DNA of 64,000 nt, taken from contig NW_021833417.1 in NCBI RefSeq assembly GCF_006345805.1, forward strand, positions 1-64,000, written 5' to 3'. Positions 1 through 11,789 of this stretch are shown here, piece by piece. This stretch comes from Octopus sinensis. Lineage: Eukaryota. The notes under the pieces are model-generated. The model saw only the letters and a program-made list of their open reading frames with translations. It was not told the DNA's origin and searched no databases. Position numbers and translations under genes: made by a program. Numbering within the stretch: the stretch's first letter is position 1; every line of letters begins with the position of its first letter.

Positions 1-656
1 TTTTGTTAATATTTTTCACAATATTTTTCCCGCTATTTTTATTGTCCTTCTTTTTCGAATTTTTGGTGTTATTTCTGACATATTCGAGTCCCACACACTC
101 GAGGTAGTCCCCTGAATCGAAGGAGGGCACAAAGAACAGTCCCTCCACCACCGGAATCACCAATCTGGGCAGAGAGGCCACCGTGTTGTTAATCCGACCA
201 GTCAATTCTTCCCGCGCTTGCTCTGTGGCACTGTCCTGGGCCAACTCACTCGCCTACACTGGAAACCACGTTTTTACTGTTTTGGGTTCCTGTCTGACCT
301 TCCCGTGGGAGGAATTGGTTTTGTGAATGTTTTCTGCCCTTTTCGAGTACTCCGAGTCCCTTCCTTTGTACTTCTTGGTACTTTCCCGCGCTAATTTGGT
401 GGGAGGGGACTTTGGGCACTCCACCTTCTTTTTGGTCACGTTTTTCTGGTGGTTATTTTGGGAGATTTACTTTGATGTTGTAGTTTCGTTGGTGGAGACG
501 GATCCTTCTCATGAGGAGGAGTTTGGCTTCCTCCACTTGGAGGGTTCTTTCCAAGTCGATTTGGGTGGTTCGGTGGACTGGATTGGGGGGGATTGGGGGA
601 TATTCTGACATTGGATCTTCACTTCCGTGAGATTGGTTAACCTCGCAGTAGTTCAT
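1..656 (-). CDS. GATAD2: p66/GATAD2-like NuRD subunit, 5' part (copy 1; runs off window)
   Basis: CR1-like coiled coil QIDLERTLQVEEAKLLLMRRIRLHQ; essentially identical to the complete copy at 31004..32144. Confidence 0.7.
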
Positions 657-829
657 GGTTAATCAATATATTCTTAAGATTAGTTTAGAAATATATTTTA
701 ATAAATAAAAATTATTTATTTATCATATCTAGGCCACATCCAACAAAGAAAAGGAAGTAATAAATACCAACCCACAGAAATATAAAACGATGCACCTGAA
801 CGTCCCTATTTAAGGAAATACATGTATCG

Positions 830-1620
830 ATTATTGACGGAAATAAATTATTTTGACTACCAATTAAAATTATTTATTTTTAACGTGCCATCACATAAAA
901 CTAAAAATATTGATCGTGTTGTCCAAATGGATTTTCTGACTTAATGTCATAATTATTTGTGACTTTTTGGCCTCTCCTTAAAAGCAACCTGTCTACAGTA
1001 GTCCAGGTTGCTTCCAAAGAGAAGTGAATGTCAAATTTTGTGCTGATAGTGAAAGATCAGGAGAGTGGAAAAATGATTAGTTAAGTAATCATCGGCCATT
1101 GATTTTAGAAATGAGTATTGTTTTGCTGGCGTACTTTTTAGTAAACAGCAATTGTCATTTAGCATGTTTAGAGCAGTGCAAGGGTGGTCGGATAAGAGAA
1201 TAGGAATTGTGAATCATATTTAAATGTTCTATCGAAGAGAAGATAAATTTCAAAATGCAGTTAGTCGATGGGTGTTATTTCAGGTATTCGGGTATAATAC
1301 ACATTGTCCTGTTTTGTACTGATTGGTATTCCTCCGTGGGCTTGTAAATAGACAGGGAATCCAGGTCGGACTTGCGTAATTTAGTACGGGATGGACTAGT
1401 TGTTTGTAACTCTTTTGAGAAGGGGTTTCTGATGGGATCACTTATTGCTTTTGGAATGCTTGTACGCCTGATTGCTTTGTCCAAAATGTTCAAGACATGT
1501 TTGTTGAATAGTTGGGTCTTCTGTCGAAAATTGAGTTTACTTGGAGTCTGCGTGCAGATTTATGGAGCAGTGATTTGTTTGTTTAAAAATGAATTTTTTG
1601 GAATTAAGATGATTTCATAA
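830..1620 (-). mobile_element. Decayed APE-type LINE remnant (pre-RT/RT region)
   Basis: 1554-1585 aligns over about 33 nt (1 mismatch, 1 gap) with 14831-14863 of the LINE remnant. Broken frames read NKQITA(A)INLHADSK*TQF versus NKQITAAINRHIDPKWSQF, plus an SY.P..LAL-like RT motif. Many stops. Also present at about 32320-33108. Confidence 0.55.
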
Positions 1621-1642
1621 GTAATTTCTATACACCACCAGA

Positions 1643-2691
1643 TCAGGAAACATTTATTGGAATGATATTAGACAGACAGAGGATAAATATCGGTGTGTCT
1701 TTTCTCCCTAATTTTATACACTTTGGGTTTTCCCGGCTTTTTAATTTTACGTCCAAAGCGTCCTCCCTTCCTCTAAAAAAGACCTCTGCGAGGACGCACA
1801 CCCAATCTCCTCCGCTGTCCCGCCGTGGTCAACTTGACATCGCGGTGACCCACATTGGACACCCTCCCCACCACACACATGCACTTACTGCTCAACACAT
1901 ACTCCTGTCCACTGGGGAGACGGAGGGACTCCCCCATCTGCACACAGGGAGACTCCCTTATTACACAACACTGCGTAGGTCCCGGTCGACACTGCTATTT
2001 TCTGTCCACCGTTGGGGGAGAACTCGACACAGCAGACATGAGACCCCGGAATGAGAGCACCCAGAGGATGGGCGTCTCCTGGTCTGCCGAGGACTGGAAA
2101 TGAGTGGATATATTACTGGGCACTTTGGGGATGTCTCCGTATGTCCGGACTATGTCTTTCATGTCAGGAGTGGCCACCGCCCACCGCCTGACATCACCCC
2201 CAAGGCCAGCGTCGCACTGTGCCAGTCGTCGTTTTTGAGCTACGATTATGACTAGGAGTCACCTCACACACTCTTTCCTCCACCACTCTCCCGGGAGTGC
2301 CTTTCCGTGAACAGGGCCAACAGAAATATTTGTGGAACCCCCCGCCAATCCGGTCGATGATGATTCGGCCTACTCGTTTGCTTGGTCAATCAACCGTGGG
2401 CGTTCCTTCCGCCTGTGCGTTGGCATTTCAGTGGGGTTGGAGTGTAGTCCATCGAGCGTAAATCGTAGCCTGCTTTCCTGAGGGAATAGTTGAGAATAAA
2501 CTGACCTCTCACTTTGAGAGGAGTCTTTATGCCCACGTCCTCACTTTACCACTCATTAGTCATAAATACAGTTTTATTGTGGATATTGATAGATTTAATT
2601 CCTCTGTCTTCCTGGAATTGGTCGTGAATACTTTCCTGGGCACATATTCACTCCACTTTCGAATTGACGCTATCCTCGTCCAATTATACAT
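1643..2691 (-). pseudogene. MRPL2: Mitochondrial ribosomal protein L2, apparently disrupted (copy 1)
   Basis: Spliced peptides TGGRNAHGRIIIDRIGGG, RRWAVATPDM, GDAHPLGAL, VVGRVSNVGH and RRRLGVRPRRGLF*RKGGRFGRKIK match animal MRPL2. Frameshift near 2197-2203 and in-frame TAG at 1773-1775. Confidence 0.85.
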
Positions 2692-2741
2692 CAAATATAT
2701 TAATTAATATTCCTGTCTTATAAAATAACGTTTATTTAATG

Positions 2742-3383
2742 TTATAAAAGCCCGTTAATCTCCTTCATAAACTGATTGTAGGCCTCCCCTCCAATCGACA
2801 GGGGGTCAGTCCATTTTTTTAAAATAAACAAACAAACCAACTCGGCCTATAACCAGTAGTCCTCAATCGCCCTTTTCCGTCCTGGTATTGTCTCTCCACT
2901 CTCAGTGTCGTCGGCTTAAAGCAAGTCGCCGCCTCCTTCAGATTCCGGATTTGTGTCGTCTGCCCACCCCAATTGGTAGGCCTCCTCGTAGTGGCCCACA
3001 GTGCACACAGGTTTCACCAATTGGTAAGGAAAGTTGACATTCTCCTCATATCTGGCCATTTCCCTCTCAAATTCCAATCTAGAATACTCCCAGTCTACAC
3101 TCCAATGGAAAACACCCAAACTTGTCTCCACTTGGGGGGAGAACAGGCCGGCGGGCGAGGAAGCTTCCCCAAAACCTGCTTGGTCACCCTTTTAGGAATG
3201 GTCTCCCTTGATGTTGGATGGTGGGAGGGAGGTCACATAGCAGGGGAATGTCCTCCAACCTCTTTCCTTCTCCCTAGTCACTCAGTGAGGCTGATTCTAC
3301 CCAGAAGGGCTATTTTCTGCAGTTTGGTGTACTCGTAGTTCTTTAGGAGTTTCAGCAGGTTGTCTGCCTGGGAAGACTCCTCG
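2742..3383 (-). pseudogene. WBP11: WW-domain binding protein 11, 5'-truncated remnant (copy 1)
   Basis: C-terminus AYNQFMKEINGLL* and, read in copy 2, TIESKPQIRNLREAATCFKPTTLRV match WBP11 (ISAKPQITNPKAEITRFVPTALRV...YEAFMKEMEGLL). The N-terminus is replaced by a retroelement at about 3383. Copy 1 also has a 24-bp deletion and a lost acceptor AG. Confidence 0.8.
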
Positions 3384-6245
3384 TTTTGTTGCTGGGATTT
3401 AAAAAAAACTCCGATGAAGTTAAAAAAAGAATTAAGGGTTTGGCAAGCGCAAAACTGAATGCAGTAAATATGTTCAAAGCAATTAACGAATCCGCACTAT
3501 CACTTTACAATTATTATATTGGACTAATCAACATTGAACCACGTGAGTTTGAGGATATTGATGTTGATGTTCGGCGTATTCTTTATGAGACAAAACTTCA
3601 TTTAAAGCCTGCAAATAAAGAGAGGCTATATTTACCAAGAGATAAACTTGGAAGAGGGCTCACTTCAATCGTGTTCAGAAGTGAATGCATGTTGTTCCAA
3701 TTCCTTTATGATTTGGAAAGAAAATCTAATGTGTGTCTGAGAAAAGCTGGAATTCTGCGGGCTGTCAATTCAAAGAAAACACATATGGCCACGATCGCGG
3801 GATTCCTAACCCAGAAGTATAACTTGGATGATAATTTCTCTGACATGGATGTACGGAAACTTAAAAATGTTCAAATTGAATGGTTATTGACGAAAATTAA
3901 CACTAAATCTTTTCATTCTATGTTATTCAAATGTTTAAAAGACTTAAATATTGATATTGCATCATCTTGGGCTGGCTTGCAAAAAGGGCCGAAGTCCAAG
4001 AGCCGAAGCATTGTATTGTCTTTTACAGGACCGAAATTTGTTCTTTGAGGAAAAAGGATCAAATTGCAGTCATTGTAAATCTGCCAAAAAACAGTCGACC
4101 ATTTGGCAACGAGATGTAATAAAATGTTAAATAGTGATTATATACGCCGTCACAATGAGGTGGTGAGATGTCTTCATTTAAACCTGTGTCGTAAATATGG
4201 AATCACATATTCAAAGAAACTGAAGACTCACTCAGTCCAATCAATAGTAACAACTGAGAATGTTGAGATTAGAGTCGATACGATGCTGATGACAGACATC
4301 AAAGTACAACATAACAAGCCGGACATATTTGTTTTCGATAAAAGGACAAGGGAGATTACTTTAGTAGAGGTCGGAATCACTTCTCAGGAGATGCTGAAGG
4401 TGGTTAAGATTGAACAACTTCATAAATACGACCTCCTCGCTGGAGAGTTGTCCCAAATATACAAAGCGAAAGTTAAAATTGTCCCTATTGTTATGACTTG
4501 GGAGGGAATTGTGAGTAAATTCTACAAATCATACAGTGCTAGTAGAAAAAAACCGGTTTTGCAGTTACTAACTTTTTTTGGCGGATAGCATTTATTTTTT
4601 TAACTGAATTGAACTCTTTGTAGTTGATTAGATTTATAATTTTTTTATTTATAAAAAATTCCATTAATCGTTTAAAATTCTAAAGATTTAAATTTTAGGG
4701 TGTGAATAAAAAACCGGTTTGCATTATTGACTGATATTTTAGAAGTTGAATTTTTAGTTTTATAAGCAAATGTTAAATAAAATAATTAAAGGGAAGATTC
4801 TTGCTCTTTATGATTTAAATTGGACGATAAAAGATATCGCAGAAAATTCAAAAAATATGGAACTATTGATAGGATTCCTGGTTCTGGACGTCCTAAAAAG
4901 CTTCAAAAAACAGACGTTAAAATTTTATTGCATCTTGTTGAGTCCGATCCAAAAAAATCTTCTAACACGTTGAGGAATGAAATAAACCATTTAACTAGTA
5001 AGAGTGTCTGTAGAAAGACAATTGAAACTTATTTAAATTCCAATTTTCTCTTCGGAAGAGTATGTCAACGTAAACCGTTGCTTTCGAAGAAAAACATAAT
5101 AAAAAGATATGAATTGTCAAAAATTTTTATTTGAATGAACAATGACGCATGGAAAACTATTATTTTCTCTGATGAAGCATCTTTTCAGATTTTTCATACT
5201 AAAAAAGGCAATACAGTTATCGAAAAAAAAGTTCACGTTATGAGTTGAGCCATATTACGCCGACAGTAAAATTTGGTGGAGGGAGTGTTATGGTCGGGGC
5301 TGTATCTCCTATCAAGGAGTGGGCAATTTAGTTTTTGTTAATGGAACCCTCAATTCCGCTAAATATATAAATGTTATAACGAATAATTTGTTCGTTTCGG
5401 CGCGAAAAATGGGACTAAATCAGTTCACTTTCCAACAAGATTTGGCCCCCTGTCATCAATCTGCAATGACAACCAAGTTTTTTGAAGAAAATAAAGTTTC
5501 AATTCTTTATTGGGCTCCGCAATCTCCAGACATGAACCCAATGGAACATGTTTGGAGCATGATGAAGCAGAAGTATTCTTTAGATCCTGCTAAAAATAAA
5601 CTGGATCTGGAAGTCAAATTAACAAAAATTTGGAACGAATTGCCGTCTGAAAGTATTCAGAAGTTAATTGATAGTATGCCTAAAAGGTCATACGAGCTAT
5701 TTATTAATCGAGGATACCACACAACATATTAACTGTTGATTTTGTTAACTCTTTTTGTTAAAACCGGTTTTTTATTTACAAGCAAAAATTTAAATTTTTA
5801 AAATTTCCGCCGATTATTGAAATTTTTTAAAAGTAAAAAAGATTATACATATAATCAACTTCAAACTCTTTATTTCATTTAGAAAATTAATAGCTATCTG
5901 CCAAAAAAAGTTAGTAACTGCAAAACCGGTTTTTTTCTACCAGCACTGTATATAGATTTTTTGGATGTGGATATTATTCCGAGGGCATATATTCAATCTA
6001 TTGTACTAAAGAAAACTCTTTAGAGCACGTTAGTGGAGCACCGACATGGGATGAACTTTCAAGAGAGTGATGTTAGTGAAGTCATTCATTTTCTACAACG
6101 AAAATCTCTACGACAATTTGAGGACGACGGAATCGTGCCCATGGAACAACAATCCTGGAGTGAGGATCAGATTGGTGATGGTCGACAAGAGATTGCAGTT
6201 AGAGAGCTAAAAAATGACTCAAAATTACTCAAAAAGAAAAAAAAA
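3384..6245 (+). mobile_element. 5'-truncated REL-endonuclease non-LTR retrotransposon (R4/Dong-like), frameshifted, interrupted by Tc1
   Basis: RLYLPRDKLGRGL thumb motif; C..C....TVDHLATRC...YIRRHNEV zinc knuckle; KPDI..D...LVEVGIT..K..KY endonuclease. Frame resumes after the Tc1 as ...AYIQSIVLKKTL*STLVEHRHGM; A-rich end near 6232-6245. Confidence 0.85.
4534..5948 (+). mobile_element. Tc1-type DNA transposon family A (IR-DR), degenerate transposase
   Basis: TA TSD at 4532-33 and 5949-50. Ends cagtgctagtagaaaaaaaccgg / ccggtttttttctaccagcactg; about 200-bp imperfect TIRs with an inner aaaaaaccggttt repeat. GSGRPK, FSDE, FQQDLAPCH and SPDMNPMEHVW motifs. Confidence 0.95.
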
Positions 6246-6359
6246 TGAATTAATACGTCAAATCAATTTTAAATAATTTAAAATTAAATTACTATGATTA
6301 TTTGTACTACTAATTTCTGATATAAGATTTATATATTTTAACCTAATTAACATTTAACC

Positions 6360-9300
6360 ATGTTTTGTTCGGATGGAATATGGGTCAGAACTTAAACGTT
6401 ATTTATTAGAACACTTCTTTGACATGGGAACAATCGAATCCGAATTTTACGACATGTTTCACGAACGTTGTCCTTATTTGGATTCCTTGTTTAATTTATT
6501 TTGTTTTGTCGTTATTATATGTCATCAAATTACTAATGACAAAAAGAGAGTTATTTTTGTTCAATAAAATTCACATTTTTAAAAAGGTTTGCATCTCATC
6601 ACTTAAATAACAGATTTTTAGCTCTATTTTGTCTGCCGTGAGTTTAATCCACATGGTCTACGCAGTCCACTTGCGACAACAAGAACCAATAGAAGAAATA
6701 CTTTCTTCCGTTATTTTTGCCATTTCCACGGTTTTTTAATTTTTTTGAATCAAGTTATCTGCCACAATTTTCACTTTTTATGAGGAAACTGCCAATTTGG
6801 AACCGACGCCTCATCTGACATTTTTTTGGACTTTTCTATCACTAACTCACATTCTGGTTCTCTTCTCCAGAATTCGGCGTTTTTATTCAAACGTGGGATA
6901 TTTAAACTTAATCTCAGATGCCACTGTTTGGAAAGGTCACACTTTATTTCAATATTCCCGAATTTGTATTGTTGGTAGTCATGTCTGTCTTCTCCCTCCA
7001 GGTCGACCGACTGTCTTCAGATATACCACAAAATGACGTATCCTTTCACTGATTACATATAAGGAATGTTTTCCCGAATACAGGGTTTCCTATTTAAATA
7101 AAATCATGTGCTTTTGGTTTTTAAAGTAATAGGGTGGTGTATTATGTGTTAGATATGTTAACATGGCGAGGAAAGGGACGCTGAATGAGACAGACTTGTG
7201 GAGTGTCGACTCAAATTTAAACTTTTTGACGCTGATTAAAGAAATGGACCAAAAGTTGGATCAAATCTTGCTTGAAATATTAGAATAAATGAAGAGAAAA
7301 GAAAATATTCTGCCATTTCAATGTTAAATACTCTCAAAATAATAATCGGAAATGATTTCAGACGTTTACTGATTGCCATTGTGTTAAATTTAATTTCGGA
7401 TTTGCTCATCTTTGCCCAGACAATTTTGCTCGGGTTTTTGTTAGTGAATAATAATAGTCATTTGGTCAACTTTATTGTTGTCAAATCAATTTTTAAATGG
7501 AAGGGATATTTTTATGCCTTTCTGCTCGTGGCTGTGGGCATTACTTCTGGAATTACTCGAGCATATTCAGAAAAACTGGCTCTCACTTGCTCGGTCTCCA
7601 TTCGGTCGCGAGTAATGATGTTGGTGTACCAGAAAGTATGCCAAAGTTGTATAATTTAGAGCTTTAAACTTGCCTCTAAAACTCGGAGGGAGTTGTCAGA
7701 CACGTTGGCTCTTACTTTGATTGGAAGTGACTCTGAATTTATTTACGAGGCCGTATCTGTGATTCCAAATTTGATAAACCTGCCTTTAATCCTCATTATA
7801 GCACTGTGGATTATTTATTCTAATGTGGAAAAGTACATGTTTGTCAGCGTCGGGGTGCTTGTAGGGACATTATTATTCACTCTCTTTTTCTTCAAATTTC
7901 AAAAAGAATTTCAAGTCAATTATTTTGATCAGTTTAGTCGACAAGTTCAAAACTGACAGACAAGAGGACAAGTATTATTTTCGAATTTTTCAACGGAATT
8001 AAAGTTAATAATATTTTTAAATTCTCAGGTCTTTAAGTTATATGGCTGGGAATACCCCATCCAACAGTTGATAACTTCTATTCGAACCAAGGAAGTCAAT
8101 TTTCTGCTAAAGTCGTTCTTTCCAACCAGTGGGGCGATTGTAGCAATGCTCACGTCTCCGAATTGGGTATGTCTAGCGACATGAGTAAATAGATGGTTCT
8201 TGGGACTATTGGACTGTTCATCCTCAAAACAGACGTCACAATCTCTAAAATTGGAGGGATTTATGAGACCTTCGGGTTGTTTAACATTCTCAGAACCGTT
8301 TTGATATTTCTTCCTCTGAGTATTTTTTACTTCGTCTTGGTTGTTGATAATCGCTGACGCATAAATAGGCCGGGATAGCTATCAAAAAAATAACTAATTA
8401 TCTCAACTGTGATGAGTTGACAATTGATCGGGGGATCTGTCGTGAAACTATGCAAGAAGGTTAGTTCCTGAAATAAATTCGTACTAGATGAGCATATCCT
8501 CGTCGAAAACGCTTCCTTCTCTTGGATAGACGGAAAACGGACTCTCAAAGAGTATCAAATTCATTATTATGGCAGCATATCATTCAAAGTGCAAAAAAAT
8601 TCACTTACCGGTGTCATTGGACAATTGGCATCCGGCAAGTCATCTCTCCTCTCCGCTCTTCTCGACGAGATTCCGAGAACTTCTGGAGGATTCTGCATCA
8701 CTGTAAGCCTATGGAATAACTATAAATAAGGATTCAGTCGCATACTGTCCTCAGCAGGCTTGGTTAAGAAATTGCAGTTTACTCGACAACATTATAATGT
8801 TCAACAAATATGATGCCGAGTGGTTTGGTCGTGTCGTAGAACTGTGCTGTCTCGTCAAAGACATTGACATGATGCCTGACAGGGAGTGGACTGAGATCGG
8901 AGAAAAGGTATTGAGTGATATCGAATTGTAAGGGGGTCAATCTTAGTGGAGGACAAAAGCAGAGGATTAGCTTAGCACGTGCTATTTATGATAATGCAGA
9001 TCTATACTTGCTTGATGACGTACTCAGTGCTGTCGATGCTAATGTGGGAGAACGTTTGTTTTACAACCTGATGGGGCCAGAAGGCATTCTCCGGAACAAG
9101 GCATTAATTTTTCCAGTTATTTCACAGACAGTCGTTTTTGTGACAAATTCGATAAAATATTTATCCCAAATGAATAAAATTATGTTTCTGAAAGAGGGAC
9201 AAATATCATTTTTTGGTACATATCACGACTTTGCCAATCTGTCTCTAGAAGATACTTTTATAAAACAACTAGTAGATGCTCAAACAGGTGTGCATATGAC

Positions 9301-11356
9301 ATTACTGTTCAGAGACTACAACAAAAGTTAAAAGAAGATCAAAGATATCGAAAACTTTCAAGAGAGTTTCGGTAAAACTGGACTCGACACAAAAACTTGT
9401 CCAAGACGAAAACGTAGAACTCTCACAAGTGACTTTAAATGAAAGTAAATAATTAAGTTTTCATTCAAATCGGTTAAATCATACATCAAATATTTCGAAA
9501 GAACTGCTTTGGTTGGCTACACGATCTTCATGATCCTGAATATATGTTCTTTTTTGGCACTGTTAAACTGGTTATCAACGTGGACGGACAGCATTATCAA
9601 AAATGGAAGACCTGTCGACACACACTACTACATTGGCATATACGGGGCCTTGATAGTCTTATTTGGTTTTAAGTGAGTGTCTAATGACAGCATTTTCTGT
9701 ACTTGTGAGGGTCATTTTTTTGTTTTTGGGATGCGCCAAAGCATCTTTTGGAATCCACGAAGCACTTTTTGTTTCTCTGATGAAGGCTCCAATATCATTT
9801 CATGAGAGAACACCCATTGGACGAGTCATGAATCGGTTTTTAACTGATATACTGAGACTGGACATTAAAATGCCGCAGCAGTTGGCGGCCATTGGGGGGA
9901 CCTTTATTGTTCTCATCTCACTCTTTATATATATCATCCAAGTGAATTACTTTTCCGCCATTCCAGTCGTTTTTGTGTTTTTTTTCATATTTTTTGTTGC
10001 GGTTTATTGATATGTATAATCAATAGAAATATTATACTCTCATTGCAAGGCAGTCCATGAGTCTCGAGTTGTCCGAAAAGTCTAAATTAGTGACCAACTA
10101 CGTGGAGGTTTTCCGCGGAGGCGTCTGCATCAGAGTCAGCAAAACAGAAAACAAATATATTGAACAATTTAGTGACAACATGGACAAATTTATCACTGTG
10201 AGTTGTCTCCGTGTTATGTCCAGATAGTATGCCTAGTATATACTATTATTAGTTGGGTTTTGTCTGTAATCCAATGGATCTCGTCTTTTGTGGTTTTCTT
10301 TACAACTTTTTCTGCCGTTATCGAGAGGGACGAATCCGCTTCGTCGGAAATTGGAGTTTCTTTAAATATTTCTATATCGGTTTTAAAACATTTGTTATAT
10401 TTTAGATTATTTCTGTTTTTGTGCTTTTTTTGATTAATCTCGGGGATATTCAGGTCGGGTTGGTGTCTGTGGAAAGGATATTCGAATATGTCGGTATTCA
10501 AAAAGAGGTCTTAACTTCTCGGCAATTTTCAGGCCGAATGGTCTATTTCTGAGGTCGATAACCAGGTTGACGAATCATGGCCTTCGAAGGGAGTTATCGT
10601 TTTTGACAATTACAGCACCAAATATCGAGAAAATTTAGATTTCTGCCTAAAAAATCTTTCCTTCCAAATTGAATCACATGAAAAAATTGCTGTGGTCGGA
10701 AGAACCGGCGCGGGAAAATCCTCACTGACCTTGGCCCTCCTCAGAGCATTGGAGGCATCCACTGGGAAAATAATCATCGATGGAGTCGACATTTCGACCT
10801 TAGGACTCCACAAACTCCGCCAATCAGTGACAATTGTACCTCAAGACACTTACCTGGTTTCCGGGACTTTGAGATATAATGTGGACCCCTTCGGCTATTA
10901 TTCAGACCAAGAGATTTGGTCGGTCATCAGGACGTTGGAGATTAGCGACTACATCGACTTGGGGACGATGGGTCTTGACTTTGAGTGCATTGACGGGGGC
11001 AGTAATCTTAGGTCTTCACGTTGCTAATATAATGCAGTGGTGGATCAAAACAACTGATCGCCCTTGCCAGAGCGCTGCTGAGAAAACCCAGAGTTCTCCT
11101 TTTAGATGAGGCCACTGCATCAATCGACGTGCAGACTGATAAAATAATACAACGCACAATTCGCCAGTACTTCAAGGAATGCACGATAATCACAATCGCA
11201 CATCGAATCAACACTATTCTCGACTATGATAGGTCATTTGGTCTGCTAATTTGTAGGGTCATGGTATTTGACAAGGGAAAGTTGGTAGAATTCGATGACA
11301 TTAAAGATCTGTTGGCCAAGCCTAGTTCTCTGTTCTACGGATTTGCTAACCAATGA
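6360..11356 (+). CDS. ABCC/MRP-type ABC transporter with TMD0, about 27 introns (copy 1, splices to an open frame)
   Basis: MFCSDGIW|[17 protein letters not shown] start; Walker [10 protein letters not shown] and GRTGAGKSS; [14 protein letters not shown]; LLDD; [10 protein letters not shown]; TIITIAHRI. Manual splicing of GT-AG introns (one GC-AG) removes all stops; ends TGA. Confidence 0.93.
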
Positions 11357-11579
11357 TAATTAGGTCAAAAAACTTTTTAATTAAGGGTTTTTAAATAAGA
11401 ATTGCTTACTTAAAAATAATTTTCGATTTTCGGTTGTTCAATCAACTCAAACTCGCTAACCTGCTCAGCAGAATAAGCGACTGAGCTTACTTGGATAATT
11501 TTATACTTTCCTAAAATGTAGCAAACTAATTATAGGATTTTGTAATCGGTAGTATTTTGTTACGTCAACCACATTCTCG

Positions 11580-11760
11580 CCGACCCCACTTTAAGTGCAC
11601 GGATGGGCAGATCCATGTTCAGGGGCTACTCCTTCAACAATAACCCATGCCTTTTCTCAGCTCACATCCTCTCTAAAGTCTTTCGCAACACGAGTGTCTG
11701 GATATACTTCACCCTGTCCTCCACTCCGAGGGCCTTCAGATGGTTCTTGAAAAATTAATT
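11580..11760 (-). mobile_element. 3' remnant of the R4/Dong-like retroelement family
   Basis: Reads KFFKNHLKALGVEDRVKYIQTLVLRKTLERM, homologous to the 3' end of 3384-6245. Copy at about 43080-43260. Confidence 0.6.
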
Positions 11761-11789
11761 ATTTTTTTTGTATTAAAAAAAATCTTGTA

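Noticed and set aside
1275-1620. Apparent host ORFs of 72-82 aa (and duplicates at 32763-33108)
   Set aside because: The region aligns to the LINE remnant at 14831-14863 and shows broken RT motifs.
2916-3131. Tudor-like reading GWADDGEYYRV
   Set aside because: Another frame gives a much better WBP11 match.
6019-6024. In-frame TAG in the retroelement (KKTL*ST)
   Set aside because: Related fragments at about 11670 and 26900 have GAG (TLE), so this is ordinary decay.
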